This document shows positions 46,915 to 56,668 of a DNA stretch of 64,000 nucleotides, piece after piece (within the stretch, counting starts at the first letter, position 1; the number at the start of each line of letters is the position of its first letter). The position numbers and the translations under genes are program-made. The stretch spans positions 256,001 through 320,000 of the forward strand of contig JBBRLI010000001.1 in assembly GCA_038231455.1 (NCBI GenBank), written 5' to 3'. The DNA is from Vulcanimicrobiales bacterium (lineage in GTDB: Bacteria; Vulcanimicrobiota; Vulcanimicrobiia; Vulcanimicrobiales; Vulcanimicrobiaceae). The notes beneath the pieces were generated by a model, which saw only the letters and a program-made list of their open reading frames with translations, had not been told where the DNA came from and did not search any database.

Positions 46915-47630
46915 TCGCCGCACCAGCGGCGCGACGACTGGTCGTTGAAAACCTCAATGCCTATTACGGTGATAGCCATATCTTGCGCGACATCTCACTC
47001 GAGATCGGAATCGGCGAAACCGTCGCGCTTTTGGGCCGGAACGGTGTCGGCAAAACAACGACCCTCAAATCGATCGTCGGCTGGGTCACGCCGCGTTCGG
47101 GTAGCGTTAAGCTCGACGGCGTGGACGTCGCCGGACACGATATGATGGAAGTTGCGCGCAAAGGGATCTCGCTCGTCCCCGAAGAGCGCCGCATCTTCAC
47201 GAACCTCACGGTCGCCGAGAACCTGAAACTCGCGCAAGTGACCGCACGCAAAGCCGGTTGGTCGCTCGATCGCGTGTACGAAAAATTTCCGCGCCTGCGC
47301 GAACGCCTCACGCACAAGGGCGATGAAATTTCGGGCGGCGAGAAACAGATGCTCGCAATCGCGCGCGCACTCGTTCAAGACACCAAACTGCTCTTACTCG
47401 ACGAACCCTCCGAAGGACTCGCGCCGCTGATCGTGCGCGAAGTCGAGCAGATCATCCGGGAAATCAAGGCAGACGGGATGACGATTTTGCTGGTCGAGCA
47501 GAACCTCTACTCCGCGCTCTCCGTCGCCGACCGCGCGTACGTGATCGACCAAGGCTCGATCCGCTGGACCGGAACGCCGGATGAGCTCCGTGGCAACCAC
47601 GAGGTTTTGAGCCGATATCTGCACGTTTAG
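46911..47630 (+). CDS. livF: HAAT ABC ATPase LivF-like
   Basis: GRNGVGKTT, SGGEKQMLAIARAL, LDEPSEGLAP, LVEQN. Confidence 0.9.
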   Translation: MIAAPAARRLVVENLNAYYGDSHILRDISLEIGIGETVALLGRNGVGKTTTLKSIVGWVTPRSGSVKLDGVDVAGHDMMEVARKGISLVPEERRIFTNLTVAENLKLAQVTARKAGWSLDRVYEKFPRLRERLTHKGDEISGGEKQMLAIARALVQDTKLLLLDEPSEGLAPLIVREVEQIIREIKADGMTILLVEQNLYSALSVADRAYVIDQGSIRWTGTPDELRGNHEVLSRYLHV

Positions 47631-47641
47631 AAGAACGAATG

Positions 47642-47672
47642 AAAAACGACGGCCGCGTGCCGCCGTTTTTTT
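47642..47672 (+). terminator. Intrinsic terminator of the liv operon
   Basis: AAAAACGACGGC...GCCGCCGTTTTTTT. Confidence 0.7.
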
Positions 47673-47687
47673 GTTCATATATATTAC

Positions 47688-47717
47688 TTGACAGTTATAT
47701 TACCATACGGTAATATA
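47688..47717 (+). promoter_or_regulatory. Sigma70 promoter with overlapping palindromic operator, probably leaderless
   Basis: TTGACA(47688)-N17-TAATAT(47711); perfect IR TATATTACC-ATAC-GGTAATATA at 47696-47717; ATG at 47723 with no SD. Confidence 0.85.
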
Positions 47718-47722
47718 TTGGC

Positions 47723-48022
47723 ATGAGTCCGTTTGAAGCAATCGCCGAACCGAGCCGCCGCAAGTTGCTCGATTTACTCCGTAGCGGGGAACGGCCGGCC
47801 GGCGAGCTCGTGGAGGCGATGGGTCTTAGCCAGCCCGGCGTCTCGAAGCACCTCAAACTCTTACGGGAGGCGGGCCTCGTGAGCGTCCGTGCGGACGGCC
47901 AACGCCGACTCTATCGGCTCGAAGCCCGCGAACTCGCCACCCTCGACACGTGGCTTCAACCCTTCAGGCACTTCTGGTCCGCGCGCCTCGACGCGCTCGA
48001 CGAACATTTGGAGAAAGAATGA
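47723..48022 (+). CDS. ArsR/SmtB family regulator
   Basis: FEAIAEPSRR.LLDLL, SQPGVSKHLKLLREAGLV, QRRLYRL. Confidence 0.9.
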   Translation: MSPFEAIAEPSRRKLLDLLRSGERPAGELVEAMGLSQPGVSKHLKLLREAGLVSVRADGQRRLYRLEARELATLDTWLQPFRHFWSARLDALDEHLEKE

Positions 48023-48549
48023 TGACGAACGAGATGTACGCAGACGGCCTTGGCGCGGTCACCCTCACCGACGAAGCCGTGCAGGTCGTCTTCCATCGGC
48101 GCTACGCCAAGCCGATCGAGCAGGTCTGGGCCGCGATCACCGCACCCGAGCGCCTCGCCGATTGGCTCGCAGCGGCCGAGATCGACATGAAGCCGGGCGG
48201 CACGATTAAGCTTAGCTGGCACGATGGTGCTTACACGATGGAAGGCCGTGTGACCGATTGCGATCCTCCGCATGTCTTCGCGTGGACCTGGCCACTCGAC
48301 GGCCGCGATACCCACGTGCGTTTCGAACTGCAATCCGAACGTGATGGCTGCTTGTTAACGCTAACGCACTCGGGCTTGAGCACGCACAAAGGCGCGTCGG
48401 GAAGCGGCGTCCGTGCCGGGTGGCACGCACATTTGGAAGGGCTGCCCGAAGCAATCGAGGGCCGCGCTACGCCGTGGGCAACCAAAGAGGCGCGCGAAGA
48501 TGCGATCGACACGCTCTATCCCCCGCTTAGCGAGGGGACGAAACGATGA
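48019..48549 (+). CDS. SRPBCC/AHSA1 domain protein
   Basis: P.EQVWAAIT.PERLADW, LTLTHSG, AGWHAHLE. Confidence 0.85.
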   Translation: MMTNEMYADGLGAVTLTDEAVQVVFHRRYAKPIEQVWAAITAPERLADWLAAAEIDMKPGGTIKLSWHDGAYTMEGRVTDCDPPHVFAWTWPLDGRDTHVRFELQSERDGCLLTLTHSGLSTHKGASGSGVRAGWHAHLEGLPEAIEGRATPWATKEAREDAIDTLYPPLSEGTKR

Positions 48550-49319
48550 TGAACGACATCAAGACGGGCACACGCGACGAATGGCTGGCGGCTCGATTGA
48601 AACTGCTCGATGCTGAAAAAGCGCACGTGCGCCAAAGCGATCGGTTGGCACAGCAACGCCGCGCGCTGCCGTGGGTGCGAATCGACAAGCCGTATCGCTT
48701 CGATACCGACGAGGGCAGCGCAACGCTGGCGGATCTTTTCCGCGGCCGTTCGCAAGTGCTGATTTACGATTTCATGTTTGGCCCGGACTATGCGGCGGGA
48801 TGCCCGTCGTGCTCGGCGATCGCCGATGGGTTCGACGGTTTCGCCGTCCACCTCGCCAATCACGACGTGATGCTCTGGGCGGCATCGCGCGCGCCGCTCG
48901 CAAAACTACAGACGTACAAAAAGCGGATGGGATGGACGTTTCCCTGGGCATCCTCGCTTTCGAGCGATTTCAATTTCGATTTCAACGTCTCGATCACCGA
49001 AGAGAAACAGCGGGCCGGCGCATTCGAGTACAACTACGAACCCGGCTTCGCAATGAACGCGCAAGACGTACCGGACTTTATCAAGCCGGTTGCGGCGGGA
49101 TGCGGAACGGACGCGCTCACGTACATGCGCGAGAAGCCCGGCATGTCGGCATTTGCGCTCGAGAACGGCATTGTTTATCACACCTATTCGACGTATGGTC
49201 GCGGACTCGACGGCCTCTGGGGCATGTATCAGTGGCTCGACCGCACGCCCAAAGGCCGCAATGAAGAGCATCTCGATCACATGTGGTGGAGGCGCCACGA
49301 TGAATACAACGGCGCGTAA
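48546..49319 (+). CDS. DUF899 thioredoxin-like protein
   Basis: EWLAAR..LL..EK, RRALPWV, GCPSCS, HTYSTYGRGLD, WWRRHDEY. Confidence 0.9.
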   Translation: MMNDIKTGTRDEWLAARLKLLDAEKAHVRQSDRLAQQRRALPWVRIDKPYRFDTDEGSATLADLFRGRSQVLIYDFMFGPDYAAGCPSCSAIADGFDGFAVHLANHDVMLWAASRAPLAKLQTYKKRMGWTFPWASSLSSDFNFDFNVSITEEKQRAGAFEYNYEPGFAMNAQDVPDFIKPVAAGCGTDALTYMREKPGMSAFALENGIVYHTYSTYGRGLDGLWGMYQWLDRTPKGRNEEHLDHMWWRRHDEYNGA

Positions 49320-49947
49320 AGCGCCGGCGGCGGCTGCGCTTGCGATCGCCGGCGTTGCAGCCGGTGCGTGGATCGTCACGGTGCAGCAAATGGCCGCGAT
49401 GGATATGGGGGTGCAGACCGAGCTTGGCTCGTTCACGAACTTCATCGCGGTTTGGGCCGTCATGATGGCGGCGATGATGCTCCCAGGGGTTATCCCCGCG
49501 GTACAACGCAGCGCTCATCTCCGGCATCGCGCACACGCAGCCGTCCTGTTTGTCGGGTCCTACCTCATCGTATGGGCGCTCGTCGGCGTCGTGGTGTTTG
49601 CACTTTATCGTCCGCACGACACACTTACGGCCGCTGCATTGACGATCGCGGCGGGGATCTACGAATTCGCACCGCTCAAAAGCGATTTTCGCCGCCGCTG
49701 CAACGAGGCTGTCGAGTCCGGACTAACCTTCGGACTGTGCTGCGTGGGTTCGAATATCGGGCTGATGCTGGTGCTGATCGCGGTCGGCATGATGAGCATC
49801 ACCTGGATGTGCATCATCAGCATCGTAATGCTCGCCCAGAAACTTCTCCCGCCGCGCGCCGCCCGCGATACACCCGTGGCGCTGGCAACAATCGGACTCG
49901 GAATCCTGATCCTTCTCGCACCGATGACGATTCCCGGACTCAATTAA
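49300..49947 (+). CDS. DUF2182 putative metal-binding membrane protein
   Basis: W.VMMAAMMLP, AGIYEF.PLK...RRC, CVGS..GLM.VL..VGMM. Confidence 0.85.
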   Translation: MNTTARKAPAAAALAIAGVAAGAWIVTVQQMAAMDMGVQTELGSFTNFIAVWAVMMAAMMLPGVIPAVQRSAHLRHRAHAAVLFVGSYLIVWALVGVVVFALYRPHDTLTAAALTIAAGIYEFAPLKSDFRRRCNEAVESGLTFGLCCVGSNIGLMLVLIAVGMMSITWMCIISIVMLAQKLLPPRAARDTPVALATIGLGILILLAPMTIPGLN

Positions 49948-49951
49948 ACAA

Positions 49952-49982
49952 AAAAAGGGCGCCCGCGAAGGCGCTCTTTCTT
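49952..49982. terminator. Bidirectional intrinsic terminator
   Basis: AAAAAGGGCGCC-CGCGAA-GGCGCTCTTTCTT between convergent genes. Confidence 0.7.
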
Positions 49983-49994
49983 GTCGCGTTTTGT

Positions 49995-50552
49995 TTACGC
50001 GCGCAGCGGATCGATCTCGCCGCAGGCGATGCGCCCACCACTGCCACCGTTCGGAGCCGGTGTATCGCTGTAGTTGTCTTCGTTCATGTGGATCACAATC
50101 GCGCGTCCGACGATCGTGTTGGGACCCGTCACGTCGAGTCCCTTCGCGTACGTCGTGAGTCCGCCGTTGCCGTCGGGATAGACCATGATCGTCGGGAGAT
50201 CGCCGGCGTGGCCTCCGCCATCGGGGCCTTTGTGCATCTTGGTCATGTTGGGATCGAAGTGCGGCCCGGCCGCGCCGAACGGGGTCGCGACGCCTTGCGT
50301 GTCGCGAAGCGGATTGCACGAACCGACTTCATGCACGTGCAGACCGTGGACGCCCGGCGCCATGTCATGCAGCGAGATATGTATTTGCGTGCCGCCTTGC
50401 CGAATGCCGACAAAACGCGCGTTTCCGACTTCTTTTCCGGCCGCATCTTTGATGACGGCCTCGAAGGTGGGGCGCCGTTCGACCGGCTGCGCGGATGCCG
50501 CGCTCATTCCTAAGGCGAACACCGCCGCTGCGGCAACGAAAAGTCTACGCAC
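49995..50552 (-). CDS. sodC: Periplasmic Cu/Zn superoxide dismutase
   Basis: HGLHVHE.G.C, AGPHFDP, H.GP..GGHAGDLP, IVIH, GGRIACG; signal peptide. Confidence 0.9.
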   Translation of the reverse strand: MRRLFVAAAAVFALGMSAASAQPVERRPTFEAVIKDAAGKEVGNARFVGIRQGGTQIHISLHDMAPGVHGLHVHEVGSCNPLRDTQGVATPFGAAGPHFDPNMTKMHKGPDGGGHAGDLPTIMVYPDGNGGLTTYAKGLDVTGPNTIVGRAIVIHMNEDNYSDTPAPNGGSGGRIACGEIDPLRA

Positions 50553-50616
50553 AAAAACACTCCTTCAACAAAGGTCGCTTGGGGACGCCTTCGCGTAGAC
50601 CCCTGGGCTTCCTACT

Positions 50617-52512
50617 TCATTCTTCGAGTGTCGTGATATCGCCGATGGCTTGGCCCGTTTCTTGCGCTTTGAGCAGTCTGCGCATGATCTTGCCACTGCG
50701 CGTTTTGGGAAGCTTCGCGACAAATTCGAGTTCGGCTGGTGCCCCGATCGGACCGAGGTGATAGCGTACATGCTCGATGAGCGCCACGCGCAGCTCGTCA
50801 CTTGCGGTGAAGCCGGAGCGCAAGACAACGAAGGCTTTGATCACCTCGCTCTTGATCGGATCGGGTTTGCCGATCACGGCTGCCTCGCCGCACGCGTGGT
50901 GCGAAACGAGCGCACTCTCGACATCGGCGGTCGCAATACGGTGGCCGGCAACGTTGAGAACGTCATCCGCGCGCCCGAGCACCGAAAGATACCCTTGCGC
51001 ATCCATCGTCGCGACGTCGCCTGCGAAATACGCGCCCGGCACGGTGTTGAAGTACGCAGCGTAGCGCGAATCATCTCCATAAATCCCGGCGAACATGTGC
51101 GGGAGCGATTGGCGGATGATCAAAAAACCGCCGCTACCGGGCGGGACGTTGTTGCCTTCTTTGTCGACGATCGCGAACGCGACGGGGCCAAGCGCCTTCC
51201 CGCTGCGGTCGGGCCGCACGGCCGAGGTGGGGAAATATCCAAGTGCCGGCGCCGCGATTTCCGTCTGCCACCACTGATTGCAAACGGCGACGTTCTGCTT
51301 GCCGATCGTGTCCCACAAAAAGTGCCAAGCTTCCGGGTTGAGCGGTTCGCCCGCGCAGAAAATCGCTTGAAGGCTCGTGAGATCGTGTTGTGCCGGAAGC
51401 GCAGCGCCAAAACGCATGAGCATCCGCGCGAGCGTCGGCGCGGTATAGAACTTGGTGATCTTATGCGCTTCGATGAATTGGTACGTTGACGCGGGCGTCG
51501 GATAGTCGGGCGCGCCTTCGCGCAGATAGCAGTGCAGACGATTCGCCAGCGGTCCGTAGACGATGAGCGAGTGGCCGACGATCCAGCCAATATCGCTCGT
51601 GCACCAAAAGCGGTCGGCCGGCTTCAGGCCGGTCGAATCCGCAAGCAGCGCCGTGGTTCCGACAAGATAGCCGCCGTGTGTCATCACGACGCCTTTGGGT
51701 TTGCCTGTCGTGCCGCTGGTATAGAGCATGAAGAGCGGATGTTCGGCATCGACGATCGTCGCATCACGCACCGTCGATTGACCGTCGCAGTAGACTTCAA
51801 AATTGACTTCGCGTGCGCCGAGTGTCGGCTGCGTCGCTTCGCGTCGCCACACGACGACGCGCCGGACGACCGCGAGGTCGCGCACGGCATCATCGACGAT
51901 CCCTTTGAGATCGACGGCTTTCCCACGGCGGTACGTGACGTCGGCGACGATCACGACCTGTGCTTGCGCATCGGCAATCCGGTCGCGCAGCGCCGTCGCA
52001 CCTAAGCCCGCGTATATGACGCTATGCACCGCACCGACCCGCGCGCACGCGAGCATTGCAACGATGCCTTCGATTGCAAGCGGCATGTAGATGCAGATGC
52101 GATCGCCCGGTTTCACTCCATCGCCGTCGAGGGCGTTCGCGAGTTGATTGACGCGCGCGAGCAACCCCGCGTAGGTGATCTTCTCGCTCGTCCCATTCTC
52201 GCAAAAGTAATCGTAGGCTACGGCATCGGGATGTGATGCGGCGTGACGATCCAGGCACGACACCGTTGCATTCAGACGCCCGTCAGAAAACCAGTGCGGG
52301 TCGCCGATCGAACCGGCAAACGTCGCGGTCGGTTTACGCTCCCAGACGATCCGACCCGCGCGCTCGCGCCAATAGCCATCGACGTCATCGAATGCATGCG
52401 CGTTGTACTCCGCTTGCGTTTGCGCTCCGAACCAGCTTGCGGCGCTAGCGGGTGCGGAAAACTCTTCTCCGGTGGCGAGCAATCCTTCGATAAGGTCCGG
52501 ACGATCGTTCAC
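50617..52512 (-). CDS. acs: Acetyl-CoA synthetase
   Basis: LYTSGTTGKPKG, DIGWIVGHS, GEPLNPEAW, WWQTE, PKTRSGKIMRRLL. Confidence 0.9.
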   Translation of the reverse strand: MNDRPDLIEGLLATGEEFSAPASAASWFGAQTQAEYNAHAFDDVDGYWRERAGRIVWERKPTATFAGSIGDPHWFSDGRLNATVSCLDRHAASHPDAVAYDYFCENGTSEKITYAGLLARVNQLANALDGDGVKPGDRICIYMPLAIEGIVAMLACARVGAVHSVIYAGLGATALRDRIADAQAQVVIVADVTYRRGKAVDLKGIVDDAVRDLAVVRRVVVWRREATQPTLGAREVNFEVYCDGQSTVRDATIVDAEHPLFMLYTSGTTGKPKGVVMTHGGYLVGTTALLADSTGLKPADRFWCTSDIGWIVGHSLIVYGPLANRLHCYLREGAPDYPTPASTYQFIEAHKITKFYTAPTLARMLMRFGAALPAQHDLTSLQAIFCAGEPLNPEAWHFLWDTIGKQNVAVCNQWWQTEIAAPALGYFPTSAVRPDRSGKALGPVAFAIVDKEGNNVPPGSGGFLIIRQSLPHMFAGIYGDDSRYAAYFNTVPGAYFAGDVATMDAQGYLSVLGRADDVLNVAGHRIATADVESALVSHHACGEAAVIGKPDPIKSEVIKAFVVLRSGFTASDELRVALIEHVRYHLGPIGAPAELEFVAKLPKTRSGKIMRRLLKAQETGQAIGDITTLEE

Positions 52513-52521
52513 GGTGTGTCC

Positions 52522-53349
52522 TTACGGTTTGATGAAATCGTGTTGGTCGATCACGAAGCCTTTGGCATTTTGAATGACGTGGAACGTCGCAAAGTACGTT
52601 CCCTTGGCGGCGGCGATCTCGAGCTCGACCGTTGCGCTGCCGTCATCACTTGGCGTCGTTCGAACGCTCGTGATGCGCGCTTTGCTATCGACGAACGACT
52701 CCTCCGGCAGCGAGAGTCCCTTATCGCCCGGCAATCCACCAAGCGCTGCATACGCGCCGACTTCATCGCCGCGTTTGAGCGCATCGATATACCGTCGCAC
52801 GACGGCAACGGCTGGCGTCGCGGGGACCGCCGCAACGGTCTGCGAACTTGGCGTCGCGCTTGCGGGCTTTGCATCGGGCGGAAGGGTCGCGGGCGGTGCG
52901 GGCGAGCGTTTGCGCGCCGGCGTCGCAACGCTCGCCGGAGCCGAGCTCGGCACGATCGTCGGTGCGATCGCGGGCGAAGGACGATCGCTTGGTGCGACGC
53001 TGGCGGCCGAACTCGGCAGAGCGCTCGGCGTCGGCGATGCGCTCGGCTCGCGCGTCGGAGAGGGCAAATCGCTTGGCGTCGGAAGCGGAGAGGGCGTGAT
53101 GCGCGCAACGATCGTCGCGATGACGAGCGGCTTCTTTTGATGCGGCGCCGGCGTTGCTTGTGCGGCGGCCGAAGGAGACGGCGCGACCGCGATGTTTGTG
53201 CCCTCGTCTCGATGCGCGAACAATTTGGAGAGACCGGCACCGATTGCAAGGCCGCCGATCACGATGGCGATCGCGACCGGAACGAGCGGGAGCCAACTCG
53301 AGTTCTTCTTTGCGGCACGCGGGCGGCGCGGAGGTGTTCGACGCGACAT
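52522..53349 (-). CDS. Membrane-anchored Pro/Ser/Thr-rich hypothetical protein
   Basis: Basic N-terminus, one TM, long PST linker, small C-terminal domain; AAGGA RBS. Confidence 0.75.
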   Translation of the reverse strand: MSRRTPPRRPRAAKKNSSWLPLVPVAIAIVIGGLAIGAGLSKLFAHRDEGTNIAVAPSPSAAAQATPAPHQKKPLVIATIVARITPSPLPTPSDLPSPTREPSASPTPSALPSSAASVAPSDRPSPAIAPTIVPSSAPASVATPARKRSPAPPATLPPDAKPASATPSSQTVAAVPATPAVAVVRRYIDALKRGDEVGAYAALGGLPGDKGLSLPEESFVDSKARITSVRTTPSDDGSATVELEIAAAKGTYFATFHVIQNAKGFVIDQHDFIKP

Positions 53350-53411
53350 CCTTCCGGCGTTCCAGCGGCGCGTGCATGAAGCCTCGCGGAGCGGCGCGAA
53401 TCGGGTGAGGA

Positions 53412-53720
53412 ATGATTCGGGTTAGCGTGCCGATCGACGTCCGTGCCGTCGTCGAGACCGATTCGCCGGCGTTCGCGCTGGCGACGCCGCTGCGCGTCGA
53501 CGACCTCGTGGCGCTCGCCGTCAACGAAGCACTCGGCCCGCGAGCTCCGCAAGACAAGCGCGCACGCGCGCTCCGCGCGACGCTCGGCGGCTTGCGCGAG
53601 GGCAAGTTCGTCGTCGACGTTGACGGGCGCACGTACCAGCGAGCCGAGGATGTGGTCGTCTGCGCTGGCTCTGTGACCTTGCGTTTTTTCATCGAGCGAG
53701 AATTGCGCGCTCCGCGCTAG
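53412..53720 (+). CDS. Hypothetical protein
   Basis: GAGG RBS, 102-aa ORF, operon-like spacing with the next gene. Confidence 0.6.
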   Translation: MIRVSVPIDVRAVVETDSPAFALATPLRVDDLVALAVNEALGPRAPQDKRARALRATLGGLREGKFVVDVDGRTYQRAEDVVVCAGSVTLRFFIERELRAPR

Positions 53721-53726
53721 AAGCCG

Positions 53727-54473
53727 ATGGAAGATCAACGCCCGAAGCGCGCGCCGCTCGGCTTTAGCAAACTTCTCGATAGCGCGCTTGTCGGTTACAC
53801 CGCGCGAGCGCCGCTTTACGTCCTCGTCGCCATTGGCGTGTTCGCATTTCAACTCATCGCGATGCCGTATTCGGCGTACGATGCGACCGACCAGAAAGCG
53901 CTCATCGGCCTGCTCGTGAATTCGCTTGCCGATTCATTCCTCGTCGCTGTCGTTTGCATCGGTGTCGCACGCGACGCAGCGGGTGAAGCGACGTCGGTCC
54001 CAAGTATTCTCTCGACGGCGCTCGAGCGACTGTGGGCCGTCTTCGTCGTCTTGCTCGTGGTGCAAGTGATCGAAGTGTATTTGCTTCCGGCTGTCACGAC
54101 GCTCGAAGGAAGCTTCTACGGCATCCTCATCGCACCGGCCGCACTCTTCTTCGGTGCCCTGCAGAGCGCGGTCGTTATTGCGAGTATCGATCCCGACGCG
54201 AAGTCCGGCCTGATCGTCGCAAAGAGCTTAGGGCGGAGTTTCTTTCTTTCGCTCTCGGGCGGCAATATGGGTCGGACCGTGCTGATCGGCCTCATCGTTC
54301 TCGCGCCGATCCTGCTCGAGTTCGTCCTCGGCGACGTGCTGCACACCCGTCACATTGCAAACACGAATTTCTGGGCGAGCATTCCGATCGACGCGATCGT
54401 CACCGGGCCGACGTCGGCTCTTGTAGCGGTGTTCTATCTCGACGTCCTCAAGCGAGCGAACGCAGCAACTTAG
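53727..54473 (+). CDS. Hypothetical polytopic membrane protein
   Basis: About 6 hydrophobic segments. Confidence 0.75.
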   Translation: MEDQRPKRAPLGFSKLLDSALVGYTARAPLYVLVAIGVFAFQLIAMPYSAYDATDQKALIGLLVNSLADSFLVAVVCIGVARDAAGEATSVPSILSTALERLWAVFVVLLVVQVIEVYLLPAVTTLEGSFYGILIAPAALFFGALQSAVVIASIDPDAKSGLIVAKSLGRSFFLSLSGGNMGRTVLIGLIVLAPILLEFVLGDVLHTRHIANTNFWASIPIDAIVTGPTSALVAVFYLDVLKRANAAT

Positions 54474-55735
54474 CGCGCAGCCTGATCCTGGTTCTTGCGC
54501 GCGAGGACGAGCTCGGCATACAGGGCGTTCGGCCACGCGAAATCCGCGCGCGTGAACTGTTCGGGCCAATTCGCGTCGTACGATTCGTGCAGCCGGTGAT
54601 CGCCAACATCGGATGCGGCAACATAGCCGAGGACGCGCTCGACTTCGACCGGATCGTCGCTCGTAAGCGCTTGCATCACCAGCGCCAGCGGCCAGATGTA
54701 GTTCTTCGGCGTGTGCGGACTGCCGACACCCTCGCCGTACGAGCCGTGATAGAAATACGGGTTGCGATCGGAGAGCACGAAGGCGCGCGTGGCTTTGTAC
54801 ACCGGATCGCGCGCCGAGAGATACCCAAAGTACGGAATCGAGAGCAGTGAGGGGACATTCGCATCGTCCATGACGTTCGCGTGGCCATAGCCGTCGACTT
54901 CGTAGGCATAGATCGTGCCGATATCGAGATGCACTTTTGCGTTCTGCTCGATCCCGCGTTGCACGTCTTGCGCGAGACCCCACGCGTTCGATGCGGTTTT
55001 TTGATCGCCGTACACGTCGCGTTCGATGTCGCCAAGATACCGCAGCACCACCGACGCGAACATATTAACCGGAATGTTATAGTGATACCGGACCGGATCG
55101 TCGGATGGACGGAAGCCCGTCCAGACCATGCCGGTGAATTTTACCGGCGTGCCCCGACCGTTATGTGCGAGCTGGTTGTTCCGATAGTGCGAGCGCGCAT
55201 CGTGATGCTGCTCGATCCGCAGGGTCTCGACAACGCGGATGAACGCGCGCTGGACCTCCGGCGTAAAGATCGCGCGGTCGCTCGTTTCTTTATAATACAA
55301 GTACGCAAACCAAATCGGATAGAGCAGCGAGTCGACTTCGAACTTCTGCTCGACGACGCGATAATTGGCCGAAAACGCGTTAGCGTACGGGTCGATGAGA
55401 ATGTACTTGGCTTGGCGGGCGACGACGCCTCGCAGCGTCCGCGCGACCTCGGTGTCGTGCACCGCAAGCCCGATGTACGGACGGACGACGGCGCTCGCAT
55501 CGCGTAACCACTCGGCCTCGATGTCGCCCGTCGAGACGTAGGTCGTGCCGTCGCGCTGGTGGCTTGCGTGCTTGTTGATCGCCTCGTCGTAGGCGGTGAG
55601 GTAAATGCGGTCGAGGGTCGCCGTCACCGCGGGTGCGAGCGCAGCGTCCGCCCGTCCAGAAAAAGCGCCCGAAAAACAAATGAGCGCAAATGTGAGTGCA
55701 AACACACGAAATGGGAATACCACTCCCATATTCAT
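54470..55735 (-). CDS. Glycoside hydrolase family 125 (exo-alpha-1,6-mannosidase-like)
   Basis: TGDI.AEWLRD, IDPYANAF, KFEVDSL, GFRPSDD, MDDANVPSLL, GSPHTP, FAWPNALY. Confidence 0.9.
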   Translation of the reverse strand: MNMGVVFPFRVFALTFALICFSGAFSGRADAALAPAVTATLDRIYLTAYDEAINKHASHQRDGTTYVSTGDIEAEWLRDASAVVRPYIGLAVHDTEVARTLRGVVARQAKYILIDPYANAFSANYRVVEQKFEVDSLLYPIWFAYLYYKETSDRAIFTPEVQRAFIRVVETLRIEQHHDARSHYRNNQLAHNGRGTPVKFTGMVWTGFRPSDDPVRYHYNIPVNMFASVVLRYLGDIERDVYGDQKTASNAWGLAQDVQRGIEQNAKVHLDIGTIYAYEVDGYGHANVMDDANVPSLLSIPYFGYLSARDPVYKATRAFVLSDRNPYFYHGSYGEGVGSPHTPKNYIWPLALVMQALTSDDPVEVERVLGYVAASDVGDHRLHESYDANWPEQFTRADFAWPNALYAELVLARKNQDQAAR

Positions 55736-55755
55736 CGGCTCAAATTCGTAGTACG

Positions 55756-56589
55756 ATGAGGACAGAATCGCATTCGCGCACCACGCGCACGGAGACCACG
55801 ATGACGTTCGTCCGCCCACGATCCACCGCCGCGACGACGCTCGTGCTCGTTGTGTTGCTGACGGCGATCGCATCGGCGGAACAAAAGTACCGGGTCGCCG
55901 GCACCGACAGCTTTCAGATCGGCTCGCGCGACCTGCGCAGCGAGATCTCCTACGACGGCATCCAGACGCTGACCATCTCCACGCGCGGCAAAGCCAAACA
56001 CTACGTCGCCAAGGTCGATTATCTGCGCACCGATCAGGGTGCAAAGGCGCGCGTTCGCGGGTCGTATGAATCGACGGTCGGCGCGAGCGGAGACCAAACC
56101 GATGGTCCCAACCGCGATCCCGACTATCTGACGGTTCTCAACCAACCGTTTGCCGTCCAACTCGATGCATCGACGATTCGCGACCTCTCTCGGCTCCAAG
56201 CGCCGGTACCATTTGATTTTCCGTCCCCGATGACGGGTGCGCCGTTACATGGGTCACTCAAGCACATGAGCGATGGGACACTCGGCGGAATTCGGGTTCT
56301 GGGAGTTGCGTTTTCCGCAACCGGTCAGGTCCACGGGCCGCTCCCCGATCATCCCGGAATGATGCTCGCGGGATCGATCACGATGAACGGAACCGCGTAC
56401 TACACGTACGACTCGGCGCTCCTACTCGCCTTAGATGCCACACTTTCGATCGCGGGAAACCTCGCGAGTTCCGATCGCCACGATCCGGTAACGATCGTCT
56501 ATAAGCGAACGATTCGCGCCGACCAACCGACCGCGCTGCACGAAGCCCGAGCGGCCACCGCAGCACCCGCGCTCATCACCGAACACTAG
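55756..56589 (+). CDS. Secreted beta-rich hypothetical protein; start uncertain (55756 or 55801)
   Basis: Signal peptide LVLVVLLTAIASA followed by a beta-strand-like sequence. Confidence 0.7.
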   Translation: MRTESHSRTTRTETTMTFVRPRSTAATTLVLVVLLTAIASAEQKYRVAGTDSFQIGSRDLRSEISYDGIQTLTISTRGKAKHYVAKVDYLRTDQGAKARVRGSYESTVGASGDQTDGPNRDPDYLTVLNQPFAVQLDASTIRDLSRLQAPVPFDFPSPMTGAPLHGSLKHMSDGTLGGIRVLGVAFSATGQVHGPLPDHPGMMLAGSITMNGTAYYTYDSALLLALDATLSIAGNLASSDRHDPVTIVYKRTIRADQPTALHEARAATAAPALITEH

Positions 56590-56630
56590 CTTCCACCCGC
56601 AGGCCAGAACGTGCGTTTGGGGTAAAGTCC

Positions 56631-56659
56631 GAAACTCTTACCACTCGCAGCGCGGTCTA
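56631..56659 (+). promoter_or_regulatory. Candidate ECF-type (autoregulatory) promoter
   Basis: GAAAC(56631)...CGGTCTA(56653-56659) ending 9 nt before the sigma ATG; resembles AAC/GTC ECF elements. Confidence 0.45.
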
Positions 56660-56668
56660 GCCAAACGA

